Source: Camelus dromedarius
Taxonomy: Eukaryota
NCBI RefSeq assembly: GCF_036321535.1
Contig: NC_087436.1
Coordinates: 79,238,001 to 79,302,000 of the forward strand
Length of the DNA stretch: 64,000 nucleotides
Direction: 5' to 3'
Numbering within the stretch: the stretch's first letter is position 1; the number at the start of each line of letters is the position of its first letter. The notes under the pieces were generated by a model. The model was not told the origin of the DNA, did not search any database, and worked only from the letters and a program-made list of their open reading frames with translations. Both the position numbers and the translations under genes were made by a program. This document shows positions 24,261-38,499 of the stretch, piece by piece.

Positions 24261-27200
24261 TTCAAAAGGACTTAAAAATCAAATTTATTGAAGTATTATT
24301 TACATACAATAAAACACATACATTTAATTGGACAGCTTGATGAGATTTGACAAATGTATACACTTGCTGAGATACAGAACATTTTCAACATTGCAGTCCT
24401 CCCCCAACCTGCCTTAGGTGTCCACTGATCTGATTTCTGGCACTATAGATTTGTTCTGCTGATTCTAGAATTTTATGCACATAGAATCATACAGTCTGCA
24501 TGCCTCCCTGTGTGTTCTCAGCATAATGTAAAAATAACTAAGAGCAAAGAAAGAGTAGAGTTTGCCTCCTGGAGCCAAAGATCCTGAGGTAATCAATAGT
24601 GAGTGAATGTGGAATTCCTCTCTGCTGGTTAGAATGCTCCAAGATGAGCACTGGGACCATGTGTGTAAAGCCCATAGACCTTAAAACTGGTGTACTCAAG
24701 CTTCATAAAACTTCATCAGTATAGCCTCTACCCCATAAACTTCACAAATAAGGAGAAAGGAGGGGCCAGTAAGAGGTTATTAGGAAACTGTGGAACTCCT
24801 AAAGCCAGCGCTGGAGGGTTGGTGTGAGAGCTTTGACTATGGACACCATATAAGGAAAAGAGCTGCCTCATATCCACCAGATTTCAAGGAGACTTGACTT
24901 GTTCTGTACACATTATTCATTTACTCTTTTGATCAAATCAACTACAACTGAATGTGGACACATTTTGCTATGAGGGTGTCCGAAGAAGTTGGAAAGAAAC
25001 CTCCAATCGTGTCTGCTGCTCTGAGTGTGAGGACACTTAGAGATGAGAAATCCAACATATAACCTGCACTGAAGTTGATGGCTGAGGTAGCGAAGGAGCT
25101 TGGACCTCCCTTGACGGATTTCAAAGAATTGCCAAAGTGAGATTCAGCAAAAACAACCGCTATTGCCCTGTGTGGTGGACCAGAGGCCCCCTTGTGATAC
25201 TTGGCTCTGACCTCAGGATCACAAGAGTCATATAGGATTTGCCACAGAAAAATGGCCAAGGTCATTCAAGGACAAGGTCCAGGAAATTTTGAATATTCTA
25301 TCCAAGGCATCAGAATGTCACAAAAGAGGACTTTCCTTGGAGGAGAAAAATAAGCAGGCATCAAGTAGGGATTCACAGAAGTGTCACTGCTGTTTTCTTA
25401 ACTTTCTCAAGTCTGTTTTGAGATCAGGAGACATGGAGCCCTTATCTCACTGAATCCTCTGATTTGAAGAATGTCGCTAACTAAAGTCTCAGTAAGGGCA
25501 TGGTGAACCACCCTGTTATATGAATATCCTGCTGCCATAGGAATCCAGACCTACCTCTGGAATAATTACTGAAGGGAGACTGTGAGAGAGAATAATGACT
25601 GAGAAATAGACATCTCTAAGGTGTCCTTGGGTAGAAAGAATTTCTCCTCCAATAACTATTTATACGTGTATAGGTGTATTTAGCATGGATAACACTATTT
25701 TTTTTTTCTGTAACTCCAATTCTTTAATATTAATTAAAATTTTTCTTAGAAACAAGGTAGGTATTTTACTAGATTATGATCTGAGGACTATCTTATTTTG
25801 TGATGCTATGAAAAACTGTCCCCTAATTTGTCTGTTAATTTTGCCATTAAGATTTCTTTGTCCTACCTCCTTTCCTTGTTCCTGCAATAAGGATAGGATT
25901 TTTGCACCATTAGTTATCTTCCCATCATACAAACCTTTAAGAAAAATAGCTTCCTCTTAACCCTCCTCAGAAAAAGACAAATGAAAATCTGGATTAGGAA
26001 CAGGAAGCTTTGGAATGTCCTATTGGCACAGTGACAGATAAAATGTATACATGGCTTCTGTCTCCAGGGAGTTTATAATTAGAATCATAATGCATATTGA
26101 AACAGCTTATGAGGCTAAAGACTATATGATTGGCAGAAGCAAATATTATTTACTTTCTCTTAAGATTGGAATTACTAAAAATGTCACCCAACCCCTAGAT
26201 TCTACTTACTAGTTCTAAGAAAGCACTGTCAATCCCACATTAATTTATTCTAATACCAATATTAAGTATTGGATAAATTGATTTGGTGATAATCAGAAGA
26301 GATAGAGACGGAGCATTTAAGCTGGCACCTATACTGTTCAAAATTTGTGAATGTAAAGATCCAACAAGATGAAGGGACTATTTTTAAAATTGATATGCAC
26401 CTGACACACACTGAGATTAATATATGTAACCTGTGTTACCATCTTTGTCCTTCCTCCACTCTTTGTTGGAGAGGGGTGATCATCTAGAATTAAGTTATTT
26501 GCATATAATTTTTCTTGGGAATGTAACACCAACAGAGGTAATTCTTTTTCTTTAAGTTTTAGAAGAATAAAACCTGAAGAAGTATAATGAGATAAATCCC
26601 ATGCAAACTACTAAATCTTAGAAAATGTAGGCTTTTGTCAAAAAATTGTCTTATTTTTATAGTCTACTCTTGAAATGTTTATTAAGATGCTTAAATTCAT
26701 AAGTAGAACTGCTTCCAAAGAGATGCATTCATAGAAACTTCATTATTGACTTACTTTTAACATATGATCTTCAGCACTTTTCTAGAATTTCGTATTTGCT
26801 TTCATTTGTTTGAGTATTAAAGGTATTCCGCAACTATTAAACAATCAACTAGCTTAATAATAAGTACCTAATTAAATTACATATTCATTAAAATAAAGAC
26901 AAATATGACGCTTGGTGTCTACACAGCGTCTCTTCAGGGACTGTCTCCAGAATGGGAAATGAGATAGTTAATCACTCAGCAGACAAACTCTACAAGGTAA
27001 TTTAAAACTGGCTCTCAGAACCTGAGTTTGAAGGCAGGTACCCAAGTGGGAGTCTCCTGTTGCAAATAACAACTGCAGTCTCAGAATGAAATGAATACTG
27101 GATTCCCCTGGGTGGGACTCATTTATTTGGCTGTTACTCCGAATGTAGTAAGCAACAAGGATGAACTGTCCGTAGCTTTTGAAGAGTTGGTAAACTGGGA

Positions 27201-27787
27201 CAAAGCAGGGGCAGCTTTACAGTTTCAAAAGCCTCTTAACATCCTCTCTGAGTTTATCATCATCATTAAGGTGAATTATCTCCAGGCCAAATTATCATAC
27301 AAGCCAGTCTGCAGTGGAACACGCTGGAGAAGAACTTCACGAAGAAGTACTCTAGAGAAGAGAGGCACATTTGTTTAGAAGAAACACTTTGAAAAGCTAG
27401 TGAGAGTGAAGGGTAAAATCCAAGATCAGACTCAAATTACAGAAGATGACTGTAAAATTATTACATCAATGAGGAGAGGAAGTTATGTTGCTCCTAAGAG
27501 GGAAAAAGGAAGAAAAAAGGGGAAGAGAAAGAGTAGGGTAAGAAGAGAGCCAAGCAAGGTGGCGCACTGCAGGTCAGTCCAGCCCCGAATATTTGCGGGT
27601 TTGGGCAGAGATGTTGCTCAAGAGAGTCAAATGTGCAACTCTGTCATGTTGCTAGCTTGAAATAACCCATGGAAGGAGTATTTATATCACAGAAATTGGT
27701 AAGAGCTATAAATCAGGGCTCACCAACCCCACCCTTCCTACAAGAGTCTATTTCCCAGAACCCCTTTGGGTGTGGGGCAAGAGTACA

Positions 27788-27985
27788 CAGGCATACCTCG
27801 GAGATATTGTGGGTTTGGTTCCAGACCACCACAGTAAAGCGAATATGGCTATAAAGTGAGTCACACAAATTTTTTTGGTTTCCCAGTGCATATAAAAGTT
27901 ATGTTTATACTACACTGTAGTCTGCTAAGTGTGCAAGCATTACGTCTTTCAAAAGTACATACCTCAATTTACAAATACTTTCTTG
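27788..27985 (+). mobile_element. Tigger2-like left end
   Basis: ta|caggcatacctcggagatattg.ggg...ttccagaccacc terminal sequence preceded by TA. Confidence 0.7.
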
Positions 27986-28479
27986 ATGCTGTCATCTGAC
28001 AACCCTGCTTCCATAAAACATGAGTCCTTTTGGCACCCTTGGGGACTATGGGTGTGTACTCCAGCTGGGCAGTCTAACCTTGGGAGGAATGAGCTGGGAA
28101 AGAGGCTGCAAAAGTCCTGAAGTAGGTTTAGGGCTGTTTGGGCAGATAATTCTGAGTTCTCAGGCACCCTGAACATAGCACAGAAGGGAACATAGTATAG
28201 TGCAGGACCCAGGTGGGCATGTCTTCCTGGTCCCACAGACTTCTAGCCCTGCAGGGAACACACATGATGCTATCATGCTGGGCATTGCACAATGGACCCT
28301 CTTTATGGATCCTCCAAATTCTAAGTGAATTCTATACAAATTATGAAATGCCTGGGTGACTAGATTTCTTCCCCCTGGAAACTGGAGAAGGAATGAGTGC
28401 TGAGTCCTTGGTCAGTGCAGAATGAAATAGAGGCCATACATCTAGACACAATGATGATGAGGGGTTAGAGTTTCCAGCT

Positions 28480-29310
28480 GACATTTGGCTTTCAAATATG
28501 GAGCTGAAAAAATTATATCCTCTACCTGTATTTCCGCTCCTGCTCTCTCAGGGACTTTAGTCCACCAACCATCTTCTCCTCCAGATCTTCCACCCTAATT
28601 CTCCACTGGATCCTTCTCGTCAGTATTTACATATGCTCAAATTTCTCTCACGTGAACTCAACACAGAATAACAACATCCTTGGGCTGGTCCACCTCTATC
28701 AACTCTTGGCCTATTTCTTTCTTCATATTCAGAACCAAAATTCTTGAAAAGTTGCCTCTATTTCTTTTTTTTAACTCTTACCTTTAATCCGCTGGAGTCT
28801 GGTTCTTGCTGTCATCACACCTCCAAATTCAGCCCTTACTTTACTTAACCTCTCTCTGGCAGCTGGAAATATTAATTCATTCCTGTAGGTCCCCTCTTTG
28901 TCTTCCAGGAGATTAATGTCCAGGTTGATTTCTAATGCCCCACCACCTCACCATTTCTTCTGCAGGCTCCTCATCTTTCCCTCTCCATTAAACGCGTGCT
29001 CTGTCTAAGGCTCTGTCTAAGGCTCTGTCTTAGTCCTTCTGATTTTCTCACTCCATAGCCTCTCCTAAGGTAATTACCCATAAGTGGGTGGTTCCCAAAC
29101 CTTTCCGAAGGTATCAAAACTAGATATCTCTCTCTTCTGATTTCTAGGCCTGAATATTTCACTCTGGATCCACCTGGAAATCTTGCAGGCACTTCAAACC
29201 CAACACATCCAAAACTGAACTCATCCTCTTTTCCCTTAGAAAATGCATTTCTGTCCCCCAGCTGCCCAAGCCAGATACCTGAGTTATCCTTGATGTCTCC
29301 CTGTCTATCA
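28480..29310. mobile_element. L2 fragment
   Basis: Pyrimidine-rich L2 signature (ggcacttcaaacccaacacatccaaaactgaactcatc). Confidence 0.6.
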
Positions 29311-30599
29311 CTGAGCTCAGACTAGGCTTGTTGCAAATTGGCCTAAGTTGTTAACCACTGTTTGATTCTGATGTTGAAGGCCTCCAAAAGTTAGAAGTAG
29401 GTGAGCACTTCATGTTGTTGAACCCCAAATGCACTAAAAGTTGCATGTTACTCTAGTATTGAACCTCAGACTAAATTCTGCTCTGCTTATCATTATTAGC
29501 AAGCAGGTTCCCTGTTCCTATAAACTCAGCTCAGTCCATTAGGTACTATATTAGCTGAGGTAAGGAAAAGCTGATGCAGCAAAGAGACAGTAGTATAGTA
29601 GTTTAAAAAGAGTCTAAGGTGAACCTTTGAAGTCAGCTGGTGGCCTCTATTCCAGGTAGTTACTCAGGAACTCAGGTTCCTTTAACAGGGTATTCCACCA
29701 TCTCCAGGGCCTTTGTTGTCTGCATGGCCAACATCCTAACTATCCAAAAGGCAAGAAGGGAAAGAGAACATGGAGGAGCCATACTCGTGGTCTTAAAGCT
29801 TAGACCCCAAAATCTAAGCACACATTATCTTCCTCACATTCCATCAGACAAAACATAGCCATGTGATTATAACTATCCATTAGGTGGGCTGTAAGTTGGT
29901 GTAGCCAAGCACCTGGGAAGGAAGGCAGAATGGATTTTTTCATGGATGACCACTTGTCACCACCACTGACACACGGCCAAATATCTTGCATGAAAGGGTT
30001 AATCAAGGCAGATGCAATAATATTCTAAAGGTAGGTTCAGCTCACTCACTAGTCAGAACAAGTAGCAGAATCTTCAGGTCTACACCAGAGCCAGAGCCAA
30101 GGAGAATACTGTGAAAGATGCAGGCTGCTGGGCTCATAAATTCATATATTCCTGTACATATAAAGGCAGATGTACCTCTACAGTATTGCTAGTTAATATA
30201 CATAACTTAAACATCTCTCATTTTATCAGCTAGACTATTTCTATAATTTCTTAAGCTTATTAACAATCAACATATTGAGAGAGCAGTAGTTGTACTGCTG
30301 GTAGTAAGTCCTCTGAATTATGGAGACCTGATAAAGGCATTCTGCATATACCCGGAAGGCGAGTTCCTGATGAGAGGACTGCACATGCTTAATTACTATC
30401 TCTAGATTAAAACTGACAAACACATGTATGTCCCGTTGTCCCTGCTCTTGATACCTACTGCGCGCGCACACACACCCCACACATGAAATACAGGAGACTA
30501 GATATCAAGATAGAGATGGTAATTATTAGGTAGGGTTCATTCTGCCCAGTTATTAACATGCAAATATTCCCAGAGAGATTCTGTTATTCAAGAGATTAT

Positions 30600-30886
30600 G
30601 AAAAAGAAAACAAATTTATGGTTACCAGGGGGGAAAGGAGGATGAGTGGAGGGATAAATTGGGAGTTTGGGATTTGTAGATACTAACTACTACATATAAA
30701 ATAGATATACAACAGATTTCTTTTGTATAGCGCAGGGAGCTATATTCATTATCTTGGAGTAACCTATACTGAAAAAAATCTGAAAAGGAATATGTATGTG
30801 TGTGTGTGTGTATAAGTGAATGACTATGCTGTACACCAGAAATTAACACAACATTGTAAATAAACTATACTTCAATTTGAAAAAAG
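30600..30886 (+). mobile_element. L1 3' UTR fragment (cetartiodactyl type)
   Basis: aaacaaatttatggttaccagg...ataaactatacttcaatt plus A tail. Confidence 0.8.
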
Positions 30887-32739
30887 AATCTTATGAAGAA
30901 GACAAAGGGATTTAAGAATGACTGAATCCATTCTACATGCTTCACAGTTCTAAAGGTCCTGATGTCAGTTTCCAGTTCCTCCCCACTAAGGAACCGGCCA
31001 TAACAGCTAACGTCTGTGGCCAGGATGGCTGGATCCCCTTTTCAGTGTTCCACATTGCTCTCATCCCACACCATTTGGGAAAGACCACTTCCTGTTTCTA
31101 GGCCTTTATTATAAATGAAAGTGGTTCTTATTTTCTTGCTTCAGTCCTGGCTCAAAATCGTTTTGACCACTGATACAGTCTTTCTCAATTCCTTCGCAAA
31201 TGACTGTATTATTTCCAGTGAAGGGGCAATTTACCTCAAGGTTAAAGCAAGGACTCTGGACTCTGATCACGGAGGGCTGACTCCCAGCATCACCATTTAC
31301 CATTGTGTGACCTTGTACCCTCTTCCTCCATTTCCTGCCTATAAAATGAATTAATAGGCCCAGAGTGCTTAGAACAGTACCTGAAACACAGCAGCACCAA
31401 GTAGGTGGTGGCTGTTATCATTAGTTTCTCCCGACAGACCTGTCAATTGTGAGACTGAATCTTCTCCACTTTATTATTACTTTTTACTTTAAGAAGTAAG
31501 CCAGTAACACATTTTTATACTTAACCATCATTCTTAACATGTCACATGCTTTCTCTCCATTAGGTAACTGCAGGTACGGCTGCTGGGGTGGTTTTGAAAT
31601 TTAAAATCCTTAAGACTGTGATTCTGGAATAGAAAAAAATTTCTTTTTTCTTGTCCTTTATCTTCTGCCTGCCTTTCTGACATTTAACTGATGATCAGCC
31701 ATTCTGTATGAAGGCATAAAGGGGTAAAAAAAGAGAACTGAAATAACTTTTTTAAAGAAAAAATGGTCAGTGTGTGGCTGTTGAAAGAAAATCTTCACAT
31801 CCTCTGTGCATTAAATATACCTACATACTATTTGTTCCCCTCAGTGGCTGTAGATCTTTAATGGTAAGATAGTCTGAAAATTCTGAAGGAATTATTTTGA
31901 AGTCATTTGTCTATGGCAGACAGTGTAATCTGGGGCTATGAAGTCGCTTCACACTAACTATTTATCTGTTGAATTTATGGTAAACGTTTTACCATCTTCT
32001 GATTGGAATCAATCCTAATGGCTAGAAGATATACACAATTTAGAGTATACCAAAAAATTAACACAGTTGATTATATCATGGAGTGGGGTCAAAATCAGAT
32101 AAGATCCGAGCAATTCATCTTTCTGTTTTCTGTACTTCTAGGCAATGCAGCTGCTGGAATGACAGCTGGGTGACTAGAATATAGGGGTCTGGTTTGCTCA
32201 GGATTTCTCCAGTTGTAGCACACAAAGTCCCAAGTCATAGGAAACACCTCAGTTCTGGGCAAACCAGGACTTCAGTCCCCCTAGCTGGGGGGTTAAGGAG
32301 GTCTCACATGCCAGATGAGAAAGGTGTGCGTTGACTAGTGCAGAGGCAACATGAACAAACAGGCACCAGGTACTGTCTTTCATCTACAGATTGCTAGGAA
32401 TATCTTCTCCCAAAGAAAGAAGAGGGGAAGCAGCCATAATGATTCCTCCCACAACTGCAGATTTGCCACTGAGGATCTACAATGCCATGTGCACCCCTCA
32501 ACACCCACATTGTGATGTGCCTCAGCTGCACTTACATGTCATTCGGACCAAGGTGGACGGTTTTGTCACCTTGATCCCTGAATGGAGATAAAAGATAACA
32601 GTGGTTAAGAGTAGTGGCTGGAACTCAAATCCCTGTCCTGCTCCTTGCTAGGTGTGGGGCCCCAGAATTCCTCTCCCTGTGAAGCTGTAGTTAAGATGGG
32701 GCACAAGAGATACTTTTCATTCAAGGACCTCTGAGTCTG

Positions 32740-34081
32740 TAAATTCACTTAGGTTGAGAAATTGAGTGAAAGGCAGTGACTTGTCACTAGGACAACTCAA
32801 GTCAGACTTTTGGCTACCAGTCTTAGAGTTTTCCCTGGAACATGGATCAAACCTTATGACAGGCTGCTGTTTATGGTAGATGTGTCCACATAACTTGTCT
32901 TTGATGGTTAAATGCTGTCACTTGGCCTCAGCTATCCCAGGGTCCCATCATCTCCACTGAAATCAGTGGGCCCCTCTTGATGGTGACATCCTTTATGGTC
33001 ACACCTAGCCTATAAAAGACAGCAACCACAGAGATTTCCAAGAATGCAGGTGCTTTCCCTAAGGGAATTGTCTTCAGTGCCTCTTCCTGGAACATATCTG
33101 GGAGGTGGATGTGCAGATTGCATATAATAAATCAGGTTCAATTTTTTTTTATCTCCCCAAGCCTTTGCGTTCCCTCCTCCACATTATGCCAGGAAAGCTC
33201 TCTGGTAAGAGCTCTCATACCAATAAATCTGGCCTGACCAAGTGTTATATTCCACTCTTCTTGTTTTAACATCTTTAGAATAATCTTCCACATGTGTTCG
33301 TCAGGTTTCTGATGAGATACATTAAAAAACTGGCAATTCTTTTGGTGCATTAACTATTTCTTGTGTACCTGTTCTTTTGTGTGTACCTGTTCTGTTGGAG
33401 TACCGTGGGGTTTAACCTAAGTTATGCATCTAGTCACAAAGCTGGGTTGGGTCTTGAGGAGAATAAAAGACCTCTTTTAAGACATCTGCCCCAGATGTGG
33501 TTTTCACAGGCATTTAAGCAAAGGAAGGCTAGTTTGCCTGGACTTGGTTTGCAAGCTGCGGCCATGGTGAGGAGGTGCTCAGAAACTGTAAATTCCACCA
33601 TTGTTTTAATTCAGCAACTCAAACAATTAAATTTTACGTTTAATTTTCAGGAATCACACAGGAATTACCCTCTGTGTAAAAGGAAAAGATTGTTTTAGGT
33701 CTGTCATGGAAGCTTTCTGGTTCTCCAACAGTGACTTGAGCTGAAAGTTAAAAGATTTGTCATTTTCTTTCTGTAAGTGCTGAAGTACACTCAGAAAAAT
33801 TGACCTCACACCACATTGTTTATAGTCATCACTGACTGCTGTAACAGTCAGGTGCAACAACCACTTGGACCCTAAGACGTTTGCTTCAGGTTGCACTTTG
33901 TTACAATCAACCACAGGAGATAGTTTGATTATGGTGTCCCAGCACACTAGGAATTACTAGCTTCTCATATTCCATTGGCAAGGAGCTCAACATTGTGCTC
34001 AAATGCAAGGGCATCATCAAACCAAATCCCAAATCCCATCTTTGCAGGTCTGCCTCTCAGGGCCACTCCCAGAACCGATTC
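32740..34081 (-). mobile_element. ERVL-class internal (gag-like) remnant
   Basis: Peptide QKPDEHMWKIILKMLKQEEWNITLGQARFIGMRALTRE resembles ERVL/MaLR gag (QKPGEYVWEWILRV...NIxLDQAEFIDMGALTR); abuts an LTR with a PBS-like junction. Confidence 0.7.
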
Positions 34082-34625
34082 TGTTATCAGTTAGATGTTG
34101 CAGTGAAAGCCAAGCATAATATAAACAAGGGAAAGTTTAATATAAAGTATTATTAACTGTAACAATTAATAACTATGGCTGAGAAAAGTACCCAAGGAAG
34201 AAACAACCTTGGAATGGGTTCCTGCCCTTGAGCTGGGGCTCAAATTTTGTTGAAGAAGGAGTGGTTGCAGCCCACTGGATGATGGTGTGTGGTACTCGGC
34301 CATCTGCTGGGTGGTGCTCAGCCAGCATCTCTAGACACCAGACAAGCAGCTAACACCCTTCTTGGGGGAGGAGGGCTGAACCTGGCCAGGAAGCCATGGT
34401 CAGGACTGGCAAGAGTAAACATCCTCTGGGGTACATGTGGGCAAGGGTGGCAAACACTCTGGAGTGCAGGAGGATGGAGGTTGGCGCATGGGACTGTGCA
34501 GGGTCTTAGGGCACAAGAACCCATCTTCCAGCTGGCAGTCATGAGGCCTGATGTCAGGAGGGCTGCAGCAAGGTGGTTGCTGGGCTGTGTCAGGGCTGAG
34601 AGCTTGCCTTTATGTGCACAGCTGG

Positions 34626-35644
34626 TATTACTAGTTTACTAGGGCTGCCACACCAAAGTACCACAGACTGGGTGGCTTGAACAACAGAAATTTATTTCCT
34701 CATTGTTCTGGAGGCTAGAAGTCCAAGAAAAAAGTGTCATCAGGGTTGTTGTTTTTCTGAGACATTTCTCCTTGGCTTGTAGATGTGAACTTCTTCCAGT
34801 GTGTTCACATGATCTTTCCTCTGTGTGATCTCCTCTGAAACAGACACCAGTTATATCAGATTAGGGCCCCTCCTAGTGACCTCTTGTAATCTTAATTATC
34901 TCTTTATAGCTTTTTATTGAAGTATAGTTGATTTACAATATTGTGTTGTACAGCACAATGATTCAGTCATACATATGTATACATACTCTTTATCATTACA
35001 GGTTATTACAAGATATTGACTATAATTCCCTGTGCTATACAGTAGGCCCTTGTTGTTTATCTATTCTGTATATAGTAGTTTGCATCCGCTAATCCCAAAC
35101 TCCTAATTTATCCCTCCCCCTACCCACCACCCCCCGCTTCCCCCTTTGCTAATTATAAGTTTGTTTTCTATGTCTGTGAGTCTCTTCCTCTTTTGTAAAT
35201 AAGTTCATTTGTGTCATTTTTTTAGATTCCACATATAAGTGATATCATGTGATATTTGTCTTTCTCTGTCTGACGTACTTCACTTAGTATGATAATCTCT
35301 AGGTCCATCCATGTTTCTGTAAATGGCATTATTTCACTCTTTTTGGTGGCTGAGTAGTATTCCATTGTATGAATATACCATGACTTCTTTATCCAGTCAT
35401 CTGTTGATGGACATTTATGTTGCTTCCATGTCTTGGCTATTGTAAGTAGTGCTGCTATGAACACTGGGGTGCATGTGACTTTTCGAATTGGAGTTTTCTT
35501 GAGATTTATGCTCAGGAATAGGATTGCTGGATCCTTAATTACCTTTTTAAAGACCTATCTCCAAGTACAGTCACATTCAAGGGTACTGGGGATTTAGGAC
35601 TTCAACATATGCATTTGGTGGGGGACACAATTCAGTCCATAGTA
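34626..35644 (-). mobile_element. MLT1 (MaLR) solo LTR interrupted by L1
   Basis: MLT1 ends, with 5-bp TSD GCTGG at 34621-34625 and 35645-35649. Confidence 0.8.
34907..35533 (-). mobile_element. L1 3' end (ORF2 C-terminus plus UTR)
   Basis: [20 protein letters not shown]...MISLICGI; near-perfect 16-bp TSD (14/16) at 34891-34906 and 35534-35549. Confidence 0.9.
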
Positions 35645-36729
35645 GCTGGTGAGGAGTGTTACTGGATATCCCTACCACATGCTGCTGACAGCCATGTATA
35701 GAAGCAAGAAGCAAATAGAAACCCTGAATCAGGGAAGAGGAGCCCCTTCCTCCTGCAATGTCCCTCCAGCACCTTCTACTGACAAAGCTTAAAATCATGC
35801 TCCCTGCCAAGAAGGAATGCTTACAGGAACCAGCTCCGTTATTGTAGAGCAGATAATGCAGGTTGAATTTTGAGCAAAGAGGCAATAACCTGGTTCCTCA
35901 TTTCTCCGAGATTTTTGATATTCTCTTGATAAATTGTCTGCCTAGATCAGCCGTTTTGCGACTAAGAACACTGACACACTTTTTCTTTTGACAGCAGTTG
36001 TGCATGATTGTACCTCTGAGTTATCAGTTTTGGAAAAATAGACCAAAATTTCCCCAGTATAATAATTTTGATAAGTGTAAAGTAAAATGATGTGAATTCA
36101 TAATGTGGTACGATTATGGATGTGGAAACAAGACCAGAAATCCAGAAATCTGGTTGCTTCTCATATTTGCTTGATTCATCCCTGTTTCAAGGCTGATAAT
36201 CTTGTTCCCTCTTCTTGGAGCAGTCTTGCCCCAGCTAATACACAGTCTCTGTATCACATCATTTAAACCTCTGTTCAACTGCCACTGAGAAATCTCTTCC
36301 CTGGCACTCTATAAAAAACAGCCTCCTTTCCCCATAACTTTCTTTCCATTTACTAAGCTTTATTTTTCTTTATGACAACTTACCACTATGTTAAATTATA
36401 TTATTTTAAATAGTATATTTATTTACCTACCCATTTATTCACTTATTTATCATTAAGATGCAAGCTCTAGGAAGATAGGAACACATCTTATTCATTGAAG
36501 TACTCTCAGAACATAGAATAGTGCATAACATATTGTAGGTATTTGATAAATATTGATTATATGAATGACTCTAGGTGTTGGAAAAGGAATGGTTCTTCTG
36601 AAACCTAAGTCCACATGCAGACGGATAGAATTTTAGCTTTTAACTTAATAAGCATAACAACAATGTGATTGCATTTTGATTATTCTCACCTCAACTTGAT
36701 GAAAACAATTTCCATTCACTTTGTATGTG

Positions 36730-37315
36730 TATACATTTTAATGAGTTTTGACAGATGCATACAATTGTGTAAAATCATTGCAATCAAGACATAAACAGTT
36801 CTGTTATCCCTCCAAATTCCCTCATGCCTTTTTATAGTCAACCTTTCCCCGGACCTCCAGTTTCTAGCAACCACTGATTTCTGTTTTCTATCCCTATAGC
36901 TTTGCCTTTACCACAATGTCATATAAATGGAATCCTATAGTACATCGCTTTTGGAGTCTGGCTTCTTTCACTCGGCATAATGCATTTGAGGCCCATGCAT
37001 GTGGCTGCCTGGATCAGTAATTTGTTCCTTTTTATTTCTGAGTAGTATTCCATCATGCGTATATGCCGTAGTTTGTTTGTCCTTTACCAATTGAAGGACA
37101 TTTGGGTTTTTTTCCAGTTTGGGGTGATTATAAATTTTATAAATTGAGCAACTGTAAACATTCATCTGCAGGTTTTCATGTAAACCTGTTTCCTTTTCTC
37201 TTGGGTATCTTTCTGGGAATGGGATTGCTGGATCATGTGGAAAAGTCAGAGTTAACTACAAGAAACTGCCAAACTGTTTTCCAAAGTGACACCACCATTT
37301 GCATTTCCACCAGCA
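36730..37315 (-). mobile_element. Old L1 (L1MB/MC-type) 3' fragment
   Basis: Antisense L1 3' signatures (agtagtattccatc, ggattgctggatcat, aaactgttttccaaagtg). Confidence 0.75.
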
Positions 37316-38499
37316 GCCTCGCCACCATGTGTTATAATGTAGCACGGCTCTGGAAATAAATCAGAAATCTGTCCTTCTTGTTCCTTGAATTTGCTTGGTT
37401 TGTCCCTGTTTCTAGGGACAAACCTAGTTTTGTCCCTGTTCCTTCCTCCTGGAGCACATCCACACGTGTTATTGTAACTTCATTCACATTTGACTTTGGA
37501 GGCGGGCCTCCTTGCAAACACAATGAAGTCCAGCCAGGAACACTCAGAAACACAAATGCAGAAATGGGGGAAAATTGTGAAACTATAAAACTTTTCCCTA
37601 CATTCTTCTGCATATCCTGAGATCTTAACAATTTCAACTAGTAATTAATTAATTTGTGCTTAAAAATGTTATTTGTAACATGTTTTCAAGTGAATTTGTT
37701 TGAAATATTGAGTATTTATTTTTAGTTCTAAAATACTGATCAGAGACATAAATTCTTTCTTGATGCTAAAGTGTTGAAGTTTCCCTTATCTCTTGTCAAG
37801 GAAACAACGCAAACCGAAAGCAGAGTTTATGAGGCATTCCCGAAACAAGACCTGCCCTTGGATCCTAGTAACTCTCACTGACACAGTGCCAGTATTTCTA
37901 TTGCCTAAGCATAAAGGAAGTAATAGTCATGATAATTTACTTTTGGTACAATGCTCAGTGCTGCCTAAGAAAAAAATTAATAATTTTGGTTTTAACTTTT
38001 TATTTTGTTAAAAAAATTTTAAACACAATTTAAAACACATTTACAGTTATATAGCCAATATTTTATAATAACTAACAATAACTTTAATTTTTAAAGAGGA
38101 TTCTTACAGTTTCAAACTGGTGAGTAAACAAACAGAAACTGAATTAGTGTTTGCATAATTACTTTCCATTTCATTATGTTGAATTTGTACTTTATTAGTG
38201 GGTAGGATATCTTGTTAAAATTCATCCATAATTTTAACAAGTTCTCTATTTTTTGTTCCACATTCTCCCACTCCTGAGAAGTTAAAATCATTAAGAAACT
38301 CAGGCCTAGGAACTTGAATGTGAAAATCATTCTCCTAAAATAGAACTTTAAAATCAGCTATATCTCTTAAGTGAATAGTTCCTCCTGGATGGCTTCTGGG
38401 AAAAGATAATTTGAAGAGGAAAAAAAAAGCTGAAAATGCCTCCAAACAATCACAATATTTAATGAGCATGTTCTCTGCTGTTTAAAGCTTTACACACAT

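Larger units (their letters stand above)
34082..35890 (-). mobile_element. ERVL LTR (LTR33/LTR41-like) split by MLT1 and L1 insertions
   Basis: Halves at 34082-34620 and 35650-35890 (tccctccagcaccttctactgacaaagctt signature). Confidence 0.55.
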
